DNA from: Bacteroidota bacterium
GTDB lineage: Bacteria > Bacteroidota > Rhodothermia > Rhodothermales > Bin80
DNA: 64,000 bases
Assembly (NCBI GenBank): GCA_026709065.1
Contig: JAPOTS010000100.1
Coordinates: 15,625-79,624, forward strand
Reading direction: 5' to 3'
Below are positions 1-10,262 of this stretch, piece by piece. Numbering within the stretch: position 1 is the stretch's first letter; each line of letters opens with the position of its first letter. The notes beneath the pieces were generated by a model. The model worked only from the letters and a program-made list of their open reading frames with translations, was not told the origin of the DNA and did not search any database. The position numbers were made by a program, and so were the translations under genes.

Positions 1-2742
1 TATGCTCAAACCATTTCAGGCGATGTTACTGACTCCGAAGATGGGATGCCTTTGGCTGGTGCAACTATCATTCATGTGAATTCTGGCTTAGGAACAGCAA
101 CCGACTCATCCGGTGCGTATTCACTTACTCAAATTCCTACCGGAACCAGTTTAATCAGAGTCACATATACTGGGTATCAATCCTATGAAACGACTGTTAC
201 GTTATCCGAATCAGAAACCTATACTTTGGATGTTCAGATGGTCAGCGGTGTGAGTTTAGAACAAGTTCTAATCACTGCCAGCCGCAGACCAGAAAAAATT
301 CTGGATGCTCCCGCATCCACAGATATCATCCTATCACAAGAATTAACCCAAAAAACTGGGCCATCAACGATCACGGCTCTGCGTAATGTAACAGGATTAG
401 ATATTGCCCAAATTGGTATTGATCGGCATGAGGTTGTCTTGAGAGGTTTTTCAAATGTGTTTAGTGGAGCAACGCTGATCATGACAGATTATCGTGATGC
501 AGGTACAGCATCATTAGGGGTCAATCTTCACTCTGTTATGCCAAACATTTCTGTTGATCTTGATCGAGTAGAGATCGTCAGAGGCCCCGGCTCTGCGCTC
601 TACGGGCCTGGAGTTGATTCAGGAGTTATTCATTACATCACAAAAGATGCTTTTTCGCACCCTGGCGCGACGATTGCTCTAAGTGGTGGCGCACGTTCAT
701 ATGCGAATATAGAGTGGCGTGTCGCAGAAACATTCGGAAAATTTGTGGGTGTCAAAGTGACGGGTTCCTACTCAGAAGCAAACGATTTTGAACTTGAAAG
801 CTGCTCTTCTGAGATTCTTGCATTAGAGCAGTTTAATCAATGCCCAGATGTAGACGATGCAGTACAGATATTCGTGGATGGCGAGCGAGATACCGATCAG
901 AAAAAATTTACCGTGAATACGAATATAGATTTTAAACTGGGAGAACGGACACAATTATCACTCAATGGAGGAATTGGCCAGTTTTCAGGAACAGTATTGA
1001 GTGGAATTGGAACCCTACAGGCCATAGATTTTAACTACTCTTTTGTTCAGGCAAGGCTCTCAAGTGGAGGATTATTTGCCCAATTTTATACGAATGTAAA
1101 CAACTCTGGCAGGAGCTATGTATATGGTGGAGACCCCGTCGTCGAGTATTCAAATGAATACGTGATGCAAGCCCAGTACGACCTTCAATTAGGCTCATGG
1201 CAATCACTCATCTTAGGAGCTGATTTTGACTTGACCCGCCCAGATACCAGAGGTACAGTTCTTGGACGCAACGAAGACAATGATAATATTAATGAATATG
1301 GAGTCTATGGACAATCAACTTCAAAAATTACCAATCAACTTGAGTTGACACTCGCACTGCGTGGAGATTACAATAATGTTGTTGAAACTGTTCAGTTATC
1401 TCCCCGCATTGGACTTGTTGTAAAACCTTCTCCGAGGTCCAGCATCCGTGCAACGTACAATCGTAGCTTTTCCTCTCCCACAGCCACAAGTAATTGGCTT
1501 GATTTAGTCGCTGCTCAACTCCCTGGTGGAATTAATGTACGGGGACGAGGTGCCGCGACGGGCTTCACTTACTTGCGCAACCCTGACTATCTGGCTTTGG
1601 GGGCACCAACGGATCTGGTCGCATCTAGCCTGATCCCAGGATTCTTAGGAGCTGATACCCCTGCTGGAATCAGCACAGGACTCATTTATAGTCTTTTACA
1701 TCAACAACTCGTGGCGATACCTGACAAGGATATCGCACTACTCCTCGCTGGGGCTGGACTCAATATTCCCGTCCCTTTGATTGCAACGTTGAAACAATTA
1801 TTAGGCCCCGAATCAACGGTTGTTGAAGGCTTTAGTTCTGGAGTTCTTGGCTCCTTAAACCTCAGCACATTAAACATAGATCTCAATGTATCAGATTTGT
1901 TAGATGCCCCTCCTCTCAAACAAACCATCTCTCAAACATATGAGGTTGGATATAAAGGACTAATTGGTGAGAAATTGGTCCTTGCTGCCGATATATATTA
2001 TGCAAAAAAGAAAAATTTTCAGGGTGCTCTGCAAGTTAGAACCCCTTTTGTCTTAGTTCCACAATTATCACAGGATTTAATTAGAGATATTACTACGGGT
2101 GTCACCAACAATACAACCCTGGCTGCCGCTCTCGGATTGTTTGGTGTCACTCCAGAACAAGTCGCTCAATTATTAGTAGATGTTGCAGGACAATCCCTCC
2201 CCTCCCCTCAAACCCCTATTGCCATTGTGCAACCTAATGAAAATAATCCGGGAGTCGGAATGACACCTGAAATGATGTTATCTTATCCGAATTTTGGCAA
2301 CCTTGACTATTTTGGTGCTGACTTATCTGTACAGATTCTACTGTCCCCCGAGTTCTCCATGTTCGGAAATATGTCATGGGTCAGCGATGACTTTTTTGAT
2401 CATACCGAATTGGGCGAAGAACTTGAAGACCGCGTGATTGCATTGAATGCCTCTAGCTTTAAGTTTAAGTTAGGAGGACAGTATGAAAGTCAACAAGGAT
2501 TTAATGTGAATCTAGGAGGGCGTTATGTGAAAGGCTTTCCTGTAAGATCTGGCCCCTATGAAGGTGATGTGCCATCTTACTTTATTTTAGATTTGGGTGC
2601 AGGCTATGTATTCAGTCCTGCAATACGTCTAGATTTAGGCATCAACAATGCCACAGATAGTAATCATCGTGAATTTGTGGGAGCTCCCAAACTGGGACGC
2701 ACTGCGAATGTTCGGCTAACTTATACCACAGGATGGAAATAA
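1..2742 (+). CDS. TonB-dependent outer-membrane receptor with N-terminal CarboxypepD_reg-like domain; 5' end truncated by the window edge
   Basis: The reading frame is open from base 1 (YAQTISGDVTDSEDG...), so the tracked Met at 46 is internal. The N-terminus aligns with the paralog at 5625-8441. It has plug-like motifs (IVRGPGSALYGPG) and a long beta-barrel body ending in an aromatic residue region (RLTYTTGWK). Confidence 0.85.
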   Translation, partial: YAQTISGDVTDSEDGMPLAGATIIHVNSGLGTATDSSGAYSLTQIPTGTSLIRVTYTGYQSYETTVTLSESETYTLDVQMVSGVSLEQVLITASRRPEKILDAPASTDIILSQELTQKTGPSTITALRNVTGLDIAQIGIDRHEVVLRGFSNVFSGATLIMTDYRDAGTASLGVNLHSVMPNISVDLDRVEIVRGPGSALYGPGVDSGVIHYITKDAFSHPGATIALSGGARSYANIEWRVAETFGKFVGVKVTGSYSEANDFELESCSSEILALEQFNQCPDVDDAVQIFVDGERDTDQKKFTVNTNIDFKLGERTQLSLNGGIGQFSGTVLSGIGTLQAIDFNYSFVQARLSSGGLFAQFYTNVNNSGRSYVYGGDPVVEYSNEYVMQAQYDLQLGSWQSLILGADFDLTRPDTRGTVLGRNEDNDNINEYGVYGQSTSKITNQLELTLALRGDYNNVVETVQLSPRIGLVVKPSPRSSIRATYNRSFSSPTATSNWLDLVAAQLPGGINVRGRGAATGFTYLRNPDYLALGAPTDLVASSLIPGFLGADTPAGISTGLIYSLLHQQLVAIPDKDIALLLAGAGLNIPVPLIATLKQLLGPESTVVEGFSSGVLGSLNLSTLNIDLNVSDLLDAPPLKQTISQTYEVGYKGLIGEKLVLAADIYYAKKKNFQGALQVRTPFVLVPQLSQDLIRDITTGVTNNTTLAAALGLFGVTPEQVAQLLVDVAGQSLPSPQTPIAIVQPNENNPGVGMTPEMMLSYPNFGNLDYFGADLSVQILLSPEFSMFGNMSWVSDDFFDHTELGEELEDRVIALNASSFKFKLGGQYESQQGFNVNLGGRYVKGFPVRSGPYEGDVPSYFILDLGAGYVFSPAIRLDLGINNATDSNHREFVGAPKLGRTANVRLTYTTGWK

Positions 2743-2966
2743 TTCTATCTACTTTATATGAAAGGGTATAGGTGTGATTTAATGAGGCCATCTGATCAAC
2801 TAAACTTCATTGTAGTTAAAGATGAGACTTAAGAGACACCTCCATTTATTGCACTTGATTCTCTGGCATGATTTCATTCACGGCATATAACATGAATCAA
2901 TCTCAGTAATGATCCTGTCTCTAACACGGTCATTCTTACTTACTAACCACTATCCCCAAATTTCTT

Positions 2967-3788
2967 ATGAGTAAAACAATTTTAATTACTGGATCAAGTA
3001 CCGGAATCGGCAAAGCCACTGCACTTCATTTTCACAATCAAGGATGGAATGTCATTGCGACCATGCGGTCCCCTCAAAATGAGAACGAGTTAACCGATCT
3101 TGATAATGTTCTCATTACCAAGCTTGATGTCCTTGACCTTGACTCCATTGACGAGTCAATCCAGAAAGGAATTGATCAATTCGGCCAGATTGATGTCCTC
3201 CTCAATAACGCCGGATATGGAGCTTTTGGACCTCTGGAATCATTTCCAAGAGAAAATATTGTGCGTCAATTTAATACGAATGTCATTGGATTACTTGATG
3301 TCACGAGAGCGATTCTTCCTCATTATCGAAGCCGTCAATCGGGAATCGTCATCAATATCTCTTCCATCGGTGGAAAAATGACCTTCCCTTTAGGAAGTCT
3401 TTATCACGGAACAAAGTTTGCCGTTGAAGGCATTTCAGAGGCCTTATCCTTTGAAGCTGAACAAATTGGTGTCAGGATCAAAATTGTTGAACCAGGAATG
3501 ATTGCAACGGATTTTGCTGGGCGATCTTTTGATTTTCAGGTCAATCCTGAGATGGAAGAATATCAGGAGCTTATCACCAAATTATTGAGTGTATGGCAGA
3601 ATCCAGATATGGCAGTCCAAGCATCTCCCCCGCAGTTAGTTGCAGAGGTCATTTATGAAGCTGCAACCGATGGTTCATCCCAATTACGTTACCTCGCTGG
3701 CGAAGATGCCCATCAATACATTGCGGCTAGACGCTCTCTTGAAGACGAGCCGTTCCTTCAAAACATAAAGAAGCAATTTCAATTGTAA
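2967..3788 (+). CDS. Short-chain dehydrogenase/reductase (classical SDR)
   Basis: TGSSTGIGKA (TGxxxGxG cofactor motif), NNAG, and catalytic YHGTK (YxxxK); length is about 270 aa. Confidence 0.85.
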   Translation: MSKTILITGSSTGIGKATALHFHNQGWNVIATMRSPQNENELTDLDNVLITKLDVLDLDSIDESIQKGIDQFGQIDVLLNNAGYGAFGPLESFPRENIVRQFNTNVIGLLDVTRAILPHYRSRQSGIVINISSIGGKMTFPLGSLYHGTKFAVEGISEALSFEAEQIGVRIKIVEPGMIATDFAGRSFDFQVNPEMEEYQELITKLLSVWQNPDMAVQASPPQLVAEVIYEAATDGSSQLRYLAGEDAHQYIAARRSLEDEPFLQNIKKQFQL

Positions 3789-3794
3789 TTTAGA

Positions 3795-4586
3795 GTGTTG
3801 TCCGTCATTCAAGTGACAACACAGTCTATGTTCTGGCATTGCAAATCCTACCATAGGGGGCTCTTCCTTGTCGCCCTGCTTCTCAGTGGATGTAGTGCTA
3901 TTAGACAGTCTATACAAAATCAGCCCTGTAGCCTTGATACCGCAAATCCCTATGATACCGTTAAGATTGATCCTGATATACATCAAATCAGTCTACACTG
4001 GAAAAATCCCACCACTAATCAACCCTTCAAGACGATTGAGAATGTTGTCACTTGGATAGAGAATGAAGGGCTTGAGGTCATTGCTGTCGCTAATGCGGGA
4101 ATTTTTGAACCAAAGTTGATTCCAACAGGTCTCTTTGTGGAAAATGCTTCTGAGTTACGTCCATTAAACCTTGAAGATGGTTACGGGAATTTCTATCTAA
4201 AACCTAACGGGGTCTTTTATGTCACTAACCATCAATTCGGCATCCTTGAATCATCACGCTTTCATCAGCAATCACCAGAAGTAGAATATGCGCTTCAATC
4301 GGGGCCTCTACTCATTGAGAATCAAAATATTCATCCTGAATTTACTCCGGGTTCAAAGAATTGCCGTTTAAGAAGTGGAATCGGAGTGACTGCTGAGGGA
4401 GTTGCAGTCATTGCCATCAGCAACGGAGCGGTAAATTTTTATGGCTTTGCGAAATGGTTCAAAGACGTGATCAAAGCAGTGAATGCGTTATATCTTGATG
4501 GAGCAATCAGTCAACTGTTCACACAACAACGACCAAATTTTTCTGAAGAATCATTTGCTAGTTTCTTAGTAGTGACCTTGAAATAA
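3795..4586 (+). CDS. Phosphodiester glycosidase / DUF2233-family lipoprotein (YigE-like)
   Basis: Lipobox LLLSGC after a hydrophobic leader; the real start is probably the ATG at 3828. NAGIFEP...PTGLFVENA, GNFYLKPNGVFYV, QSGPLLIENQ and ALYLDGAIS resemble the DUF2233/NAGPA family as I remember it. Confidence 0.6.
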   Translation: MLSVIQVTTQSMFWHCKSYHRGLFLVALLLSGCSAIRQSIQNQPCSLDTANPYDTVKIDPDIHQISLHWKNPTTNQPFKTIENVVTWIENEGLEVIAVANAGIFEPKLIPTGLFVENASELRPLNLEDGYGNFYLKPNGVFYVTNHQFGILESSRFHQQSPEVEYALQSGPLLIENQNIHPEFTPGSKNCRLRSGIGVTAEGVAVIAISNGAVNFYGFAKWFKDVIKAVNALYLDGAISQLFTQQRPNFSEESFASFLVVTLK

Positions 4587-4591
4587 ACGTG

Positions 4592-4664
4592 TTGCCCCGC
4601 CAGGATTCGAACCTGAAACCTCCTGGTCCAGAGCCAGGCGCTCTGCCAATTGAGCTACAGGGCA
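4592..4664 (-). tRNA. tRNA-Gln (anticodon CUG)
   Basis: Manual cloverleaf on the minus strand: acceptor TGCCCTG/CGGGGCA with the U1:A72 pair typical of bacterial tRNA-Gln, D arm GCTC-AATTGGCA-GAGC, anticodon arm CCTGG-CTCTGGA-CCAGG (CTG anticodon), T arm TCAGG-TTCGAAT-CCTGG. It is 73 nt and CCA is not encoded. Confidence 0.9.
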
Positions 4665-4686
4665 AAATGGCTTATTTGTATTTCAA

Positions 4687-5451
4687 TCAATTTGGTTCCT
4701 TGATTGAATTTTGATCATACTTCTTTTGGTCATCTATTGTTATACAACGTAACCCAAGGTACAGCAAAATAGGAACGGTCTTTTGTCGTGAAGGTCCCTG
4801 CATCTGCAATGCGGTTAGCCCAATGGAGATTGACCACGCCCCAGGAATTATTGTGTTGATCCACCAGGGAATCCGAGCAAACATAATTGAAAAAATTGTG
4901 TTTGTCAGATTAACTCCTATCAAGCGGGCTGTCCATCCAAATAACAGTGTTTTGATGAGTCCTTCAACAACAAGCCTCCCAAGGGCTTGTATCAAAACAG
5001 GTAATGCAAAAAAACCACCTGCTTTCTTTAAGAAATCCATCGCACGCTTACGCTCAACCCCAAGCGATTCAAGCATTTGCTGTTGCTCAACAAGTGAGAG
5101 TTGAGAGAACTGGTCTACGGCATAGAGGTGAACTAACTTGATAAGCATCTCTCTTTCAGTCCCTTGATTCGCCAACGGTACTTTCAAAAATCTTGCCGTG
5201 TCACGAATCATGTAACGAAAATCCACTCCAGGTTCTATACCTAAAGTCCTGCGAGAAAAATATGCAATGTTGCTACTTCCCAAGTAACGTATTTTTTCTT
5301 CAATTCCCTCACACAACGCCTTGCGATGATCACTTGACTCCACACTCATTAGATGGGCTTTGAGGTGAGAACATTGATCAAAAGGGCCCTGAATAATCTT
5401 GATGATATAGCTGTAATCGTCTCGTGTAAGACTCAATAATATGTCCTGCAT
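4687..5451 (-). CDS. Hypothetical protein with hydrophobic C-terminal half (possibly YaaW/UPF0174-like)
   Basis: 254-aa ORF with a soluble N-terminal half and glycine/hydrophobic C-terminal segments. The family assignment is a weak recollection only. Confidence 0.4.
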   Translation of the reverse strand: MQDILLSLTRDDYSYIIKIIQGPFDQCSHLKAHLMSVESSDHRKALCEGIEEKIRYLGSSNIAYFSRRTLGIEPGVDFRYMIRDTARFLKVPLANQGTEREMLIKLVHLYAVDQFSQLSLVEQQQMLESLGVERKRAMDFLKKAGGFFALPVLIQALGRLVVEGLIKTLLFGWTARLIGVNLTNTIFSIMFARIPWWINTIIPGAWSISIGLTALQMQGPSRQKTVPILLYLGLRCITIDDQKKYDQNSIKEPN

Positions 5452-5624
5452 CTAAACACAAACGTTAGTTATTCAATACGATGATTTCAATCAATTAGAA
5501 CGATGGGTATTAATCATAACAAAACTCATTTTTAATGGATTGATTCAATGATATAAGAAGATGTTTAGACAGTCTCTTTGTTACATAGTACTGACAATAC
5601 ATTCAGCTAGATAATAATTGTAAT

Positions 5625-8441
5625 CTACCATCCTGTGGTGTAGGTTAGGCGTGCAGTTGCCGTTCGACCGAGTTTAGGTGCACCAACAAACTCCCTGTGA
5701 TTACTGTCCAATGCATTATTGATTCCGAGATCAACCCTGAGTGATGAATTAATTCCATAGCCGGCTCCAATATCCATGATCAAATAGGACGGTACATCGC
5801 CTCTGTACTGCCCTGAAATAACAGGAAAGCCATCTATATAACGCCCCGACGCATTGATTGAGAACCCAGATTCAAGGTTATATTGACCTCCAAATTTAAC
5901 CTTTATCGTTGGCGCATTCATTGATAATTCTCGATCTTCTTGCTCTTCACCTAATTCAATATGATCAAAGTAATTGTCACTGATCCAAGATACATTGGTA
6001 AACACCGTCAATGCTGGGGATAGGATCGCTTGAACAGAAACATCTGCACCGAAATAAGCAACGCTTCCAAAATTAGGATACGACAACATAATTTCTGGTG
6101 ACTTTCCTTCTCCTGGGTTATTCTCATTTGGTTGTACAATCGCAATTGGCGTTGTTGGACCTGGTAGAGCAGTACCTGCGACATCCACAAGAAGTTGCCC
6201 CGCCTCTTCGGGAGTGAGTCCAAAGAGCCCAAGGGCATTTGTAATGATGGTGTTATTAGTAATTCCGTTGGAAATATCTCGGGCGAGGTCTTGCGTTAAG
6301 GTTGGAACTAATACGAACGGCGTACGAACTTGAAGGCCCCCCAAGAAATTTTTTCTGGTTGAATAATAGGCATCAATGGCGAATAGGACATTCTCATTGA
6401 TGATTCCTTTATATCCTAACTCAATGACCTGAGATATCGTTGATTGTGCAGGATTCAAATCTTCTAAATCACTCAATCCGGTTTCAATTTGTAGCGTACT
6501 TAAATTCAAGGATCCCAAAACGCCTGGGCTAAATCCATCAACAACTATTGATTCAGGGCTCAATGCAGCTTTAAGAAGTCCAATTAATGCAGGAGGTACA
6601 TCCAACCCGACACTCCGTAATTGATCACCAAGTTCTTCATCTGGTATTGCCGCTAGCCCTTGGTACATAAAATCATAAATTATCCCGGTACTGATTCCGA
6701 CAGGCGTTGGCGAACCCAGAAATGCAGGGATTAAACTGGAAGCAACCAGATCCGTTGTTGCACCCAATTTTAAATAATCAGGATTTCGTGCAAAGTTAAA
6801 GGTATTTGCTGACCCTCTAGCGCGGACGTTTAGATCCCCAGGCAGAGATGCAACGACCAAATCTACCCAGTTGGTTGTTGCTGATGGCGATGAATAGCTC
6901 CTATTATAGGTGAGTCTGAAACTAGAATTAAGTGCAGGTTTCATCACCAACCCAAATCGTGGGCTAATCTGAATTTTATCTTGGACATTATTATAATCTC
7001 CGCGTAATGCAAGAGTCAATTCAAGTCTATTGGTCAATTTAGTGGTTGACTGGGCATATAATCCGTATTCATTAATCCCATCACTGAATTCGTTACGCCC
7101 CAGTACAGTGCCCCTTGTATCAGGCCGCGTTAGTTCTACATCAGCGCCGACGATTAATCCTTGACGATCACCCAAATTGATATCATACTGTGCTTGCATA
7201 GATAATTCGGATGAATGATCAACGACAGGAGCTCCCCCATAGACATAACTATCACCCGAGTTGGCCTGATTTAAATACACTTGAGCAAAAAAACTTCCGC
7301 TGGATAGCCTTGCCTGTGCATAAGCACTGCCATAGTTCTGTGCTTGAACCGTTCCGACACCACTTAACAACGCTCCTTTGAGCCCTGAAACCCCTCCATT
7401 CAATGACAATGTAGTATTCTTCCCAGCACGAAAATCTAAATTCCCAGTCACCACATACTTATAAAATTCTGTATCTCTTTCTCCGTCGACAAAAATCTGC
7501 ACAGCATCAGCCTCATCAGGGCATTGACTAAACTGTTGAGCCATCAATAGAGAGCTTTCGCAGGATTGTAGTGCAAAATCTTTAGCCGATGAATAAGCAC
7601 CTGTCACTTTGACACCGATACGATTACTGATAACTTCTGCAATGCGTGTCTGAACATTTAATTGAGATTGTTCACCACCGCTAAGAGCAATCGTCACTCC
7701 TGGATGTGTAAATGCATCTTTTGTAATGTAATGGATCACTCCTGAATCAACCCCTGGGCCGTAGAGAGCTGAACCTGGGCCCCGCACAATTTCTATCCGG
7801 TCTATGTCTACTGATATATTGGGCATCATGCTATGAATATTGAGATTGACCGCTGGTACTCCAGTATCACGATAATCAGTCATTATATATGTAGCCCCTG
7901 AAAACGTATCGTTAAATCCTCGCAATGCCACTTCATTGCGATCAATCCCAGTCTGAGCAATATCTATGCCTGTAACATTTTTGAGCGCCATAACCGTTGA
8001 AGGCACCACTAAATGGGAGATATCTTCGGCTAACAGAACATCAATGGACGCGGGAGTATCAAGAATTTTTTCCTGCCTTCGACTTGCTGTTACCTGTAAT
8101 TGATCTAAATCTACCCCGCTAATTAATTCAATATCTAATTGATAAACTTCCTCTCCAGAATGATCAATTTCAATTTCAAAGTTTTTATACCCCGTAAACG
8201 ATACGCGTATCAAATTTTTGCCCGCTGGTAGTCCCTCCAGAGAATAATATCCTTCCTCATCAGAAGAAACTCCTTGCCCTGAATTAACATGAAGCACACT
8301 TGCCCCAAATAATGGCAAACGAGTCTCTACATCTGAAACTGTACCAGTGATTGAAATTAATTGGGCATGCGACCAAGATGGAGTCACAGATATAATAATA
8401 AATGTTGCTAGGATAGATAGTATTCTAATACTCATTATCAA
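5625..8441 (-). CDS. TonB-dependent outer-membrane receptor with signal peptide and CarboxypepD_reg-like domain; paralog of 1-2742
   Basis: Signal peptide followed by ITGTVSD...GYKNFEI (carboxypeptidase regulatory-like fold), then plug and barrel, ending TYTTGW. It is collinear with the first receptor over its full length. Confidence 0.9.
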   Translation of the reverse strand: MIMSIRILSILATFIIISVTPSWSHAQLISITGTVSDVETRLPLFGASVLHVNSGQGVSSDEEGYYSLEGLPAGKNLIRVSFTGYKNFEIEIDHSGEEVYQLDIELISGVDLDQLQVTASRRQEKILDTPASIDVLLAEDISHLVVPSTVMALKNVTGIDIAQTGIDRNEVALRGFNDTFSGATYIMTDYRDTGVPAVNLNIHSMMPNISVDIDRIEIVRGPGSALYGPGVDSGVIHYITKDAFTHPGVTIALSGGEQSQLNVQTRIAEVISNRIGVKVTGAYSSAKDFALQSCESSLLMAQQFSQCPDEADAVQIFVDGERDTEFYKYVVTGNLDFRAGKNTTLSLNGGVSGLKGALLSGVGTVQAQNYGSAYAQARLSSGSFFAQVYLNQANSGDSYVYGGAPVVDHSSELSMQAQYDINLGDRQGLIVGADVELTRPDTRGTVLGRNEFSDGINEYGLYAQSTTKLTNRLELTLALRGDYNNVQDKIQISPRFGLVMKPALNSSFRLTYNRSYSSPSATTNWVDLVVASLPGDLNVRARGSANTFNFARNPDYLKLGATTDLVASSLIPAFLGSPTPVGISTGIIYDFMYQGLAAIPDEELGDQLRSVGLDVPPALIGLLKAALSPESIVVDGFSPGVLGSLNLSTLQIETGLSDLEDLNPAQSTISQVIELGYKGIINENVLFAIDAYYSTRKNFLGGLQVRTPFVLVPTLTQDLARDISNGITNNTIITNALGLFGLTPEEAGQLLVDVAGTALPGPTTPIAIVQPNENNPGEGKSPEIMLSYPNFGSVAYFGADVSVQAILSPALTVFTNVSWISDNYFDHIELGEEQEDRELSMNAPTIKVKFGGQYNLESGFSINASGRYIDGFPVISGQYRGDVPSYLIMDIGAGYGINSSLRVDLGINNALDSNHREFVGAPKLGRTATARLTYTTGW

Positions 8442-8900
8442 TATTAATTATTTGATTACAGCATAACAGGACTATTGCGACTAATTTCATTGTTTATGCA
8501 ATATAACGATTAGACTGAATCGCTTGATATTCAAAACTTCTATCAGCATGAAAGATCGTCCAATTTATCACTCAAATGGTCCATGAATGCATTTGTCTCA
8601 CTGAATTCAAATCTCATGGTATGTAATCATCAATGCAAAATAGAGGGTTAACATATGAATCAATTTAACATTCAATTCATTCTAAGTTGTTAGGTCATTG
8701 TCGGGATGTCATGGGAAATTCAATTACGTGTTTGGAATTCGAAATATAGCCTTCAAAATTGAGAATATTTGTTTGTTTTATTCAAATCTTAATCCAATCA
8801 ATTAGAGCCATCTGCGTGACTCAGAGGTCTTTATTTGTTACTTCTTCGGTATTATCTTCACCCGATTTTACTGTAAATTTAATTGATTGTACGGGCTAAT

Positions 8901-10262
8901 TTATGTCCAAGGTCCCGAAATTGCCAACGTTAAGCCATCGTGCTGAATATTAACAAAAAGCGTTGTACCGTCTGGTGAAAAGGTTGCACCAGCTAGCTCT
9001 GAATGGCTTACAGCATTACGAGCAAACTTATACAATTCTCCTTCTGGTGTTACGCCAACAAGAAATTGCTCATTAGATCCATCCTCGCATACAATAAGGT
9101 CTCCCCAAGGCGTGACAGTGAGATTGTCAGCATTTTCAATCATCCCTGGATCATTGGGTTCAATAAATAATTCCAACGTATCCTCGCTAGGAGACAGCCT
9201 CCAAATCTGGCCATACTTAGCATGCCCCCCATTGGTGCAGGCAAAGTAGACCGCATCATTGCCATACCACATTCCTTCTCCACGCGCAAATCTAGCTGCA
9301 CCCTGATCAAAACCCCGAATCCTTAAATCATCTAAGGGAGCCTCAATTTCATCCATGTCTATCCACTTGACATTCATTATTGATCCTACGGTTACCGTCT
9401 GTGAATCCCAATTACGAGTATCAAGACTAGGCATTCCAATGACTTCTAAAGCCTGTAATTTCCCACCTGCTTCCAAGTTATTTGGATCCAGAGGAATAAA
9501 TCGATAGATCAAACTATCATGCGCGTCTTCTGTCTGATAAATGATATTTGTCTTTGGATCTACTGCGACTGCCTCGTGATTGAATCGCCCCATGGCTCGA
9601 ATTGGAACTGGAGGTGCAATCATTGGAGAAACACTTGCTGGAACCTGAAAGACATATCCATGATCTTTGGCTAACCCATTCCCTGCCAGATCAGTTGTTT
9701 CTTCGCATGTAATCCATGTATTCCATGGAGTTGGTCCACCTGCACAGTTACGCAAGGTGCCAGCAAGGCTTAAATACTGTGATACCAATTGCTGTGAAGC
9801 CGTATCATAAATAAAGGTTGTTGTTCCTCCAAGTGCTGGGCTTCCTTCGGCTCCAGCATCATAGAGAAGGGCTGGATCAATGCGATCAATCAGCTCATTA
9901 TTCGGGCCAAATGCTCCCATACTCGGATCTGCATTAGAGTTGACTTCATGGTTTCTAATCACGATGGTTTCACCATTATGCCCTTTGAATGTCGCCATCC
10001 CATCTGCCGCGCCAGGTACATAGAATCCATCATCCATCAAGTCATTCATTCGGGTAACGATGTTGTATGTAAAATTTTCGGGCAGGTCCATAACTCCATC
10101 TGGATCGCTGATGAGCGGGCCAAACCTATCCTTAGCTTTCGCTGAAAAACCTTGACAACCAACCAAAGAGTGAAGTCCAACAAAACCTAGTGCAAACGCA
10201 CTGGATGTCTGGAGAAATTGACGGCGTGAGGCCATTGACTTGTATGATTCAGGAGTATTCAT
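8901..10262 (-). CDS. Tat-exported PhoX-like / DUF839 beta-propeller protein (putative phosphatase)
   Basis: Twin-arginine leader SRRQFLQTSSAFALG. Body motifs (NCAGGPTPWNTWITCEE, GRFNHEAVAVDP, PDGTTLFVNIQH) are typical of the DUF839/PhoX family. Confidence 0.65.
   Translation of the reverse strand: MNTPESYKSMASRRQFLQTSSAFALGFVGLHSLVGCQGFSAKAKDRFGPLISDPDGVMDLPENFTYNIVTRMNDLMDDGFYVPGAADGMATFKGHNGETIVIRNHEVNSNADPSMGAFGPNNELIDRIDPALLYDAGAEGSPALGGTTTFIYDTASQQLVSQYLSLAGTLRNCAGGPTPWNTWITCEETTDLAGNGLAKDHGYVFQVPASVSPMIAPPVPIRAMGRFNHEAVAVDPKTNIIYQTEDAHDSLIYRFIPLDPNNLEAGGKLQALEVIGMPSLDTRNWDSQTVTVGSIMNVKWIDMDEIEAPLDDLRIRGFDQGAARFARGEGMWYGNDAVYFACTNGGHAKYGQIWRLSPSEDTLELFIEPNDPGMIENADNLTVTPWGDLIVCEDGSNEQFLVGVTPEGELYKFARNAVSHSELAGATFSPDGTTLFVNIQHDGLTLAISGPWT

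Noticed and set aside
3684-3986. 100-aa minus-strand ORF spanning the SDR/DUF2233 junction, plus in-gene alternative-frame ORFs at 3100-3381 and 3868-4059.
   Set aside because: They overlap two well-supported plus-strand genes and no motifs are present.
4592-4664. tRNA-Gln as an attachment site for a genomic island.
   Set aside because: No integrase, no direct repeat of the tRNA 3' end noticed nearby, and the neighbouring genes look like ordinary chromosomal genes. The defence-like operon is 6.5 kb away, beyond a core receptor gene and a PhoX-like gene.
8442-8900. Riboswitch (e.g. cobalamin) in the 459-bp leader of the TonB-dependent receptor at 5625-8441.
   Set aside because: The region is AT-rich, with no B12-box-like GCCACTG core or GC-rich helices visible on the relevant strand.
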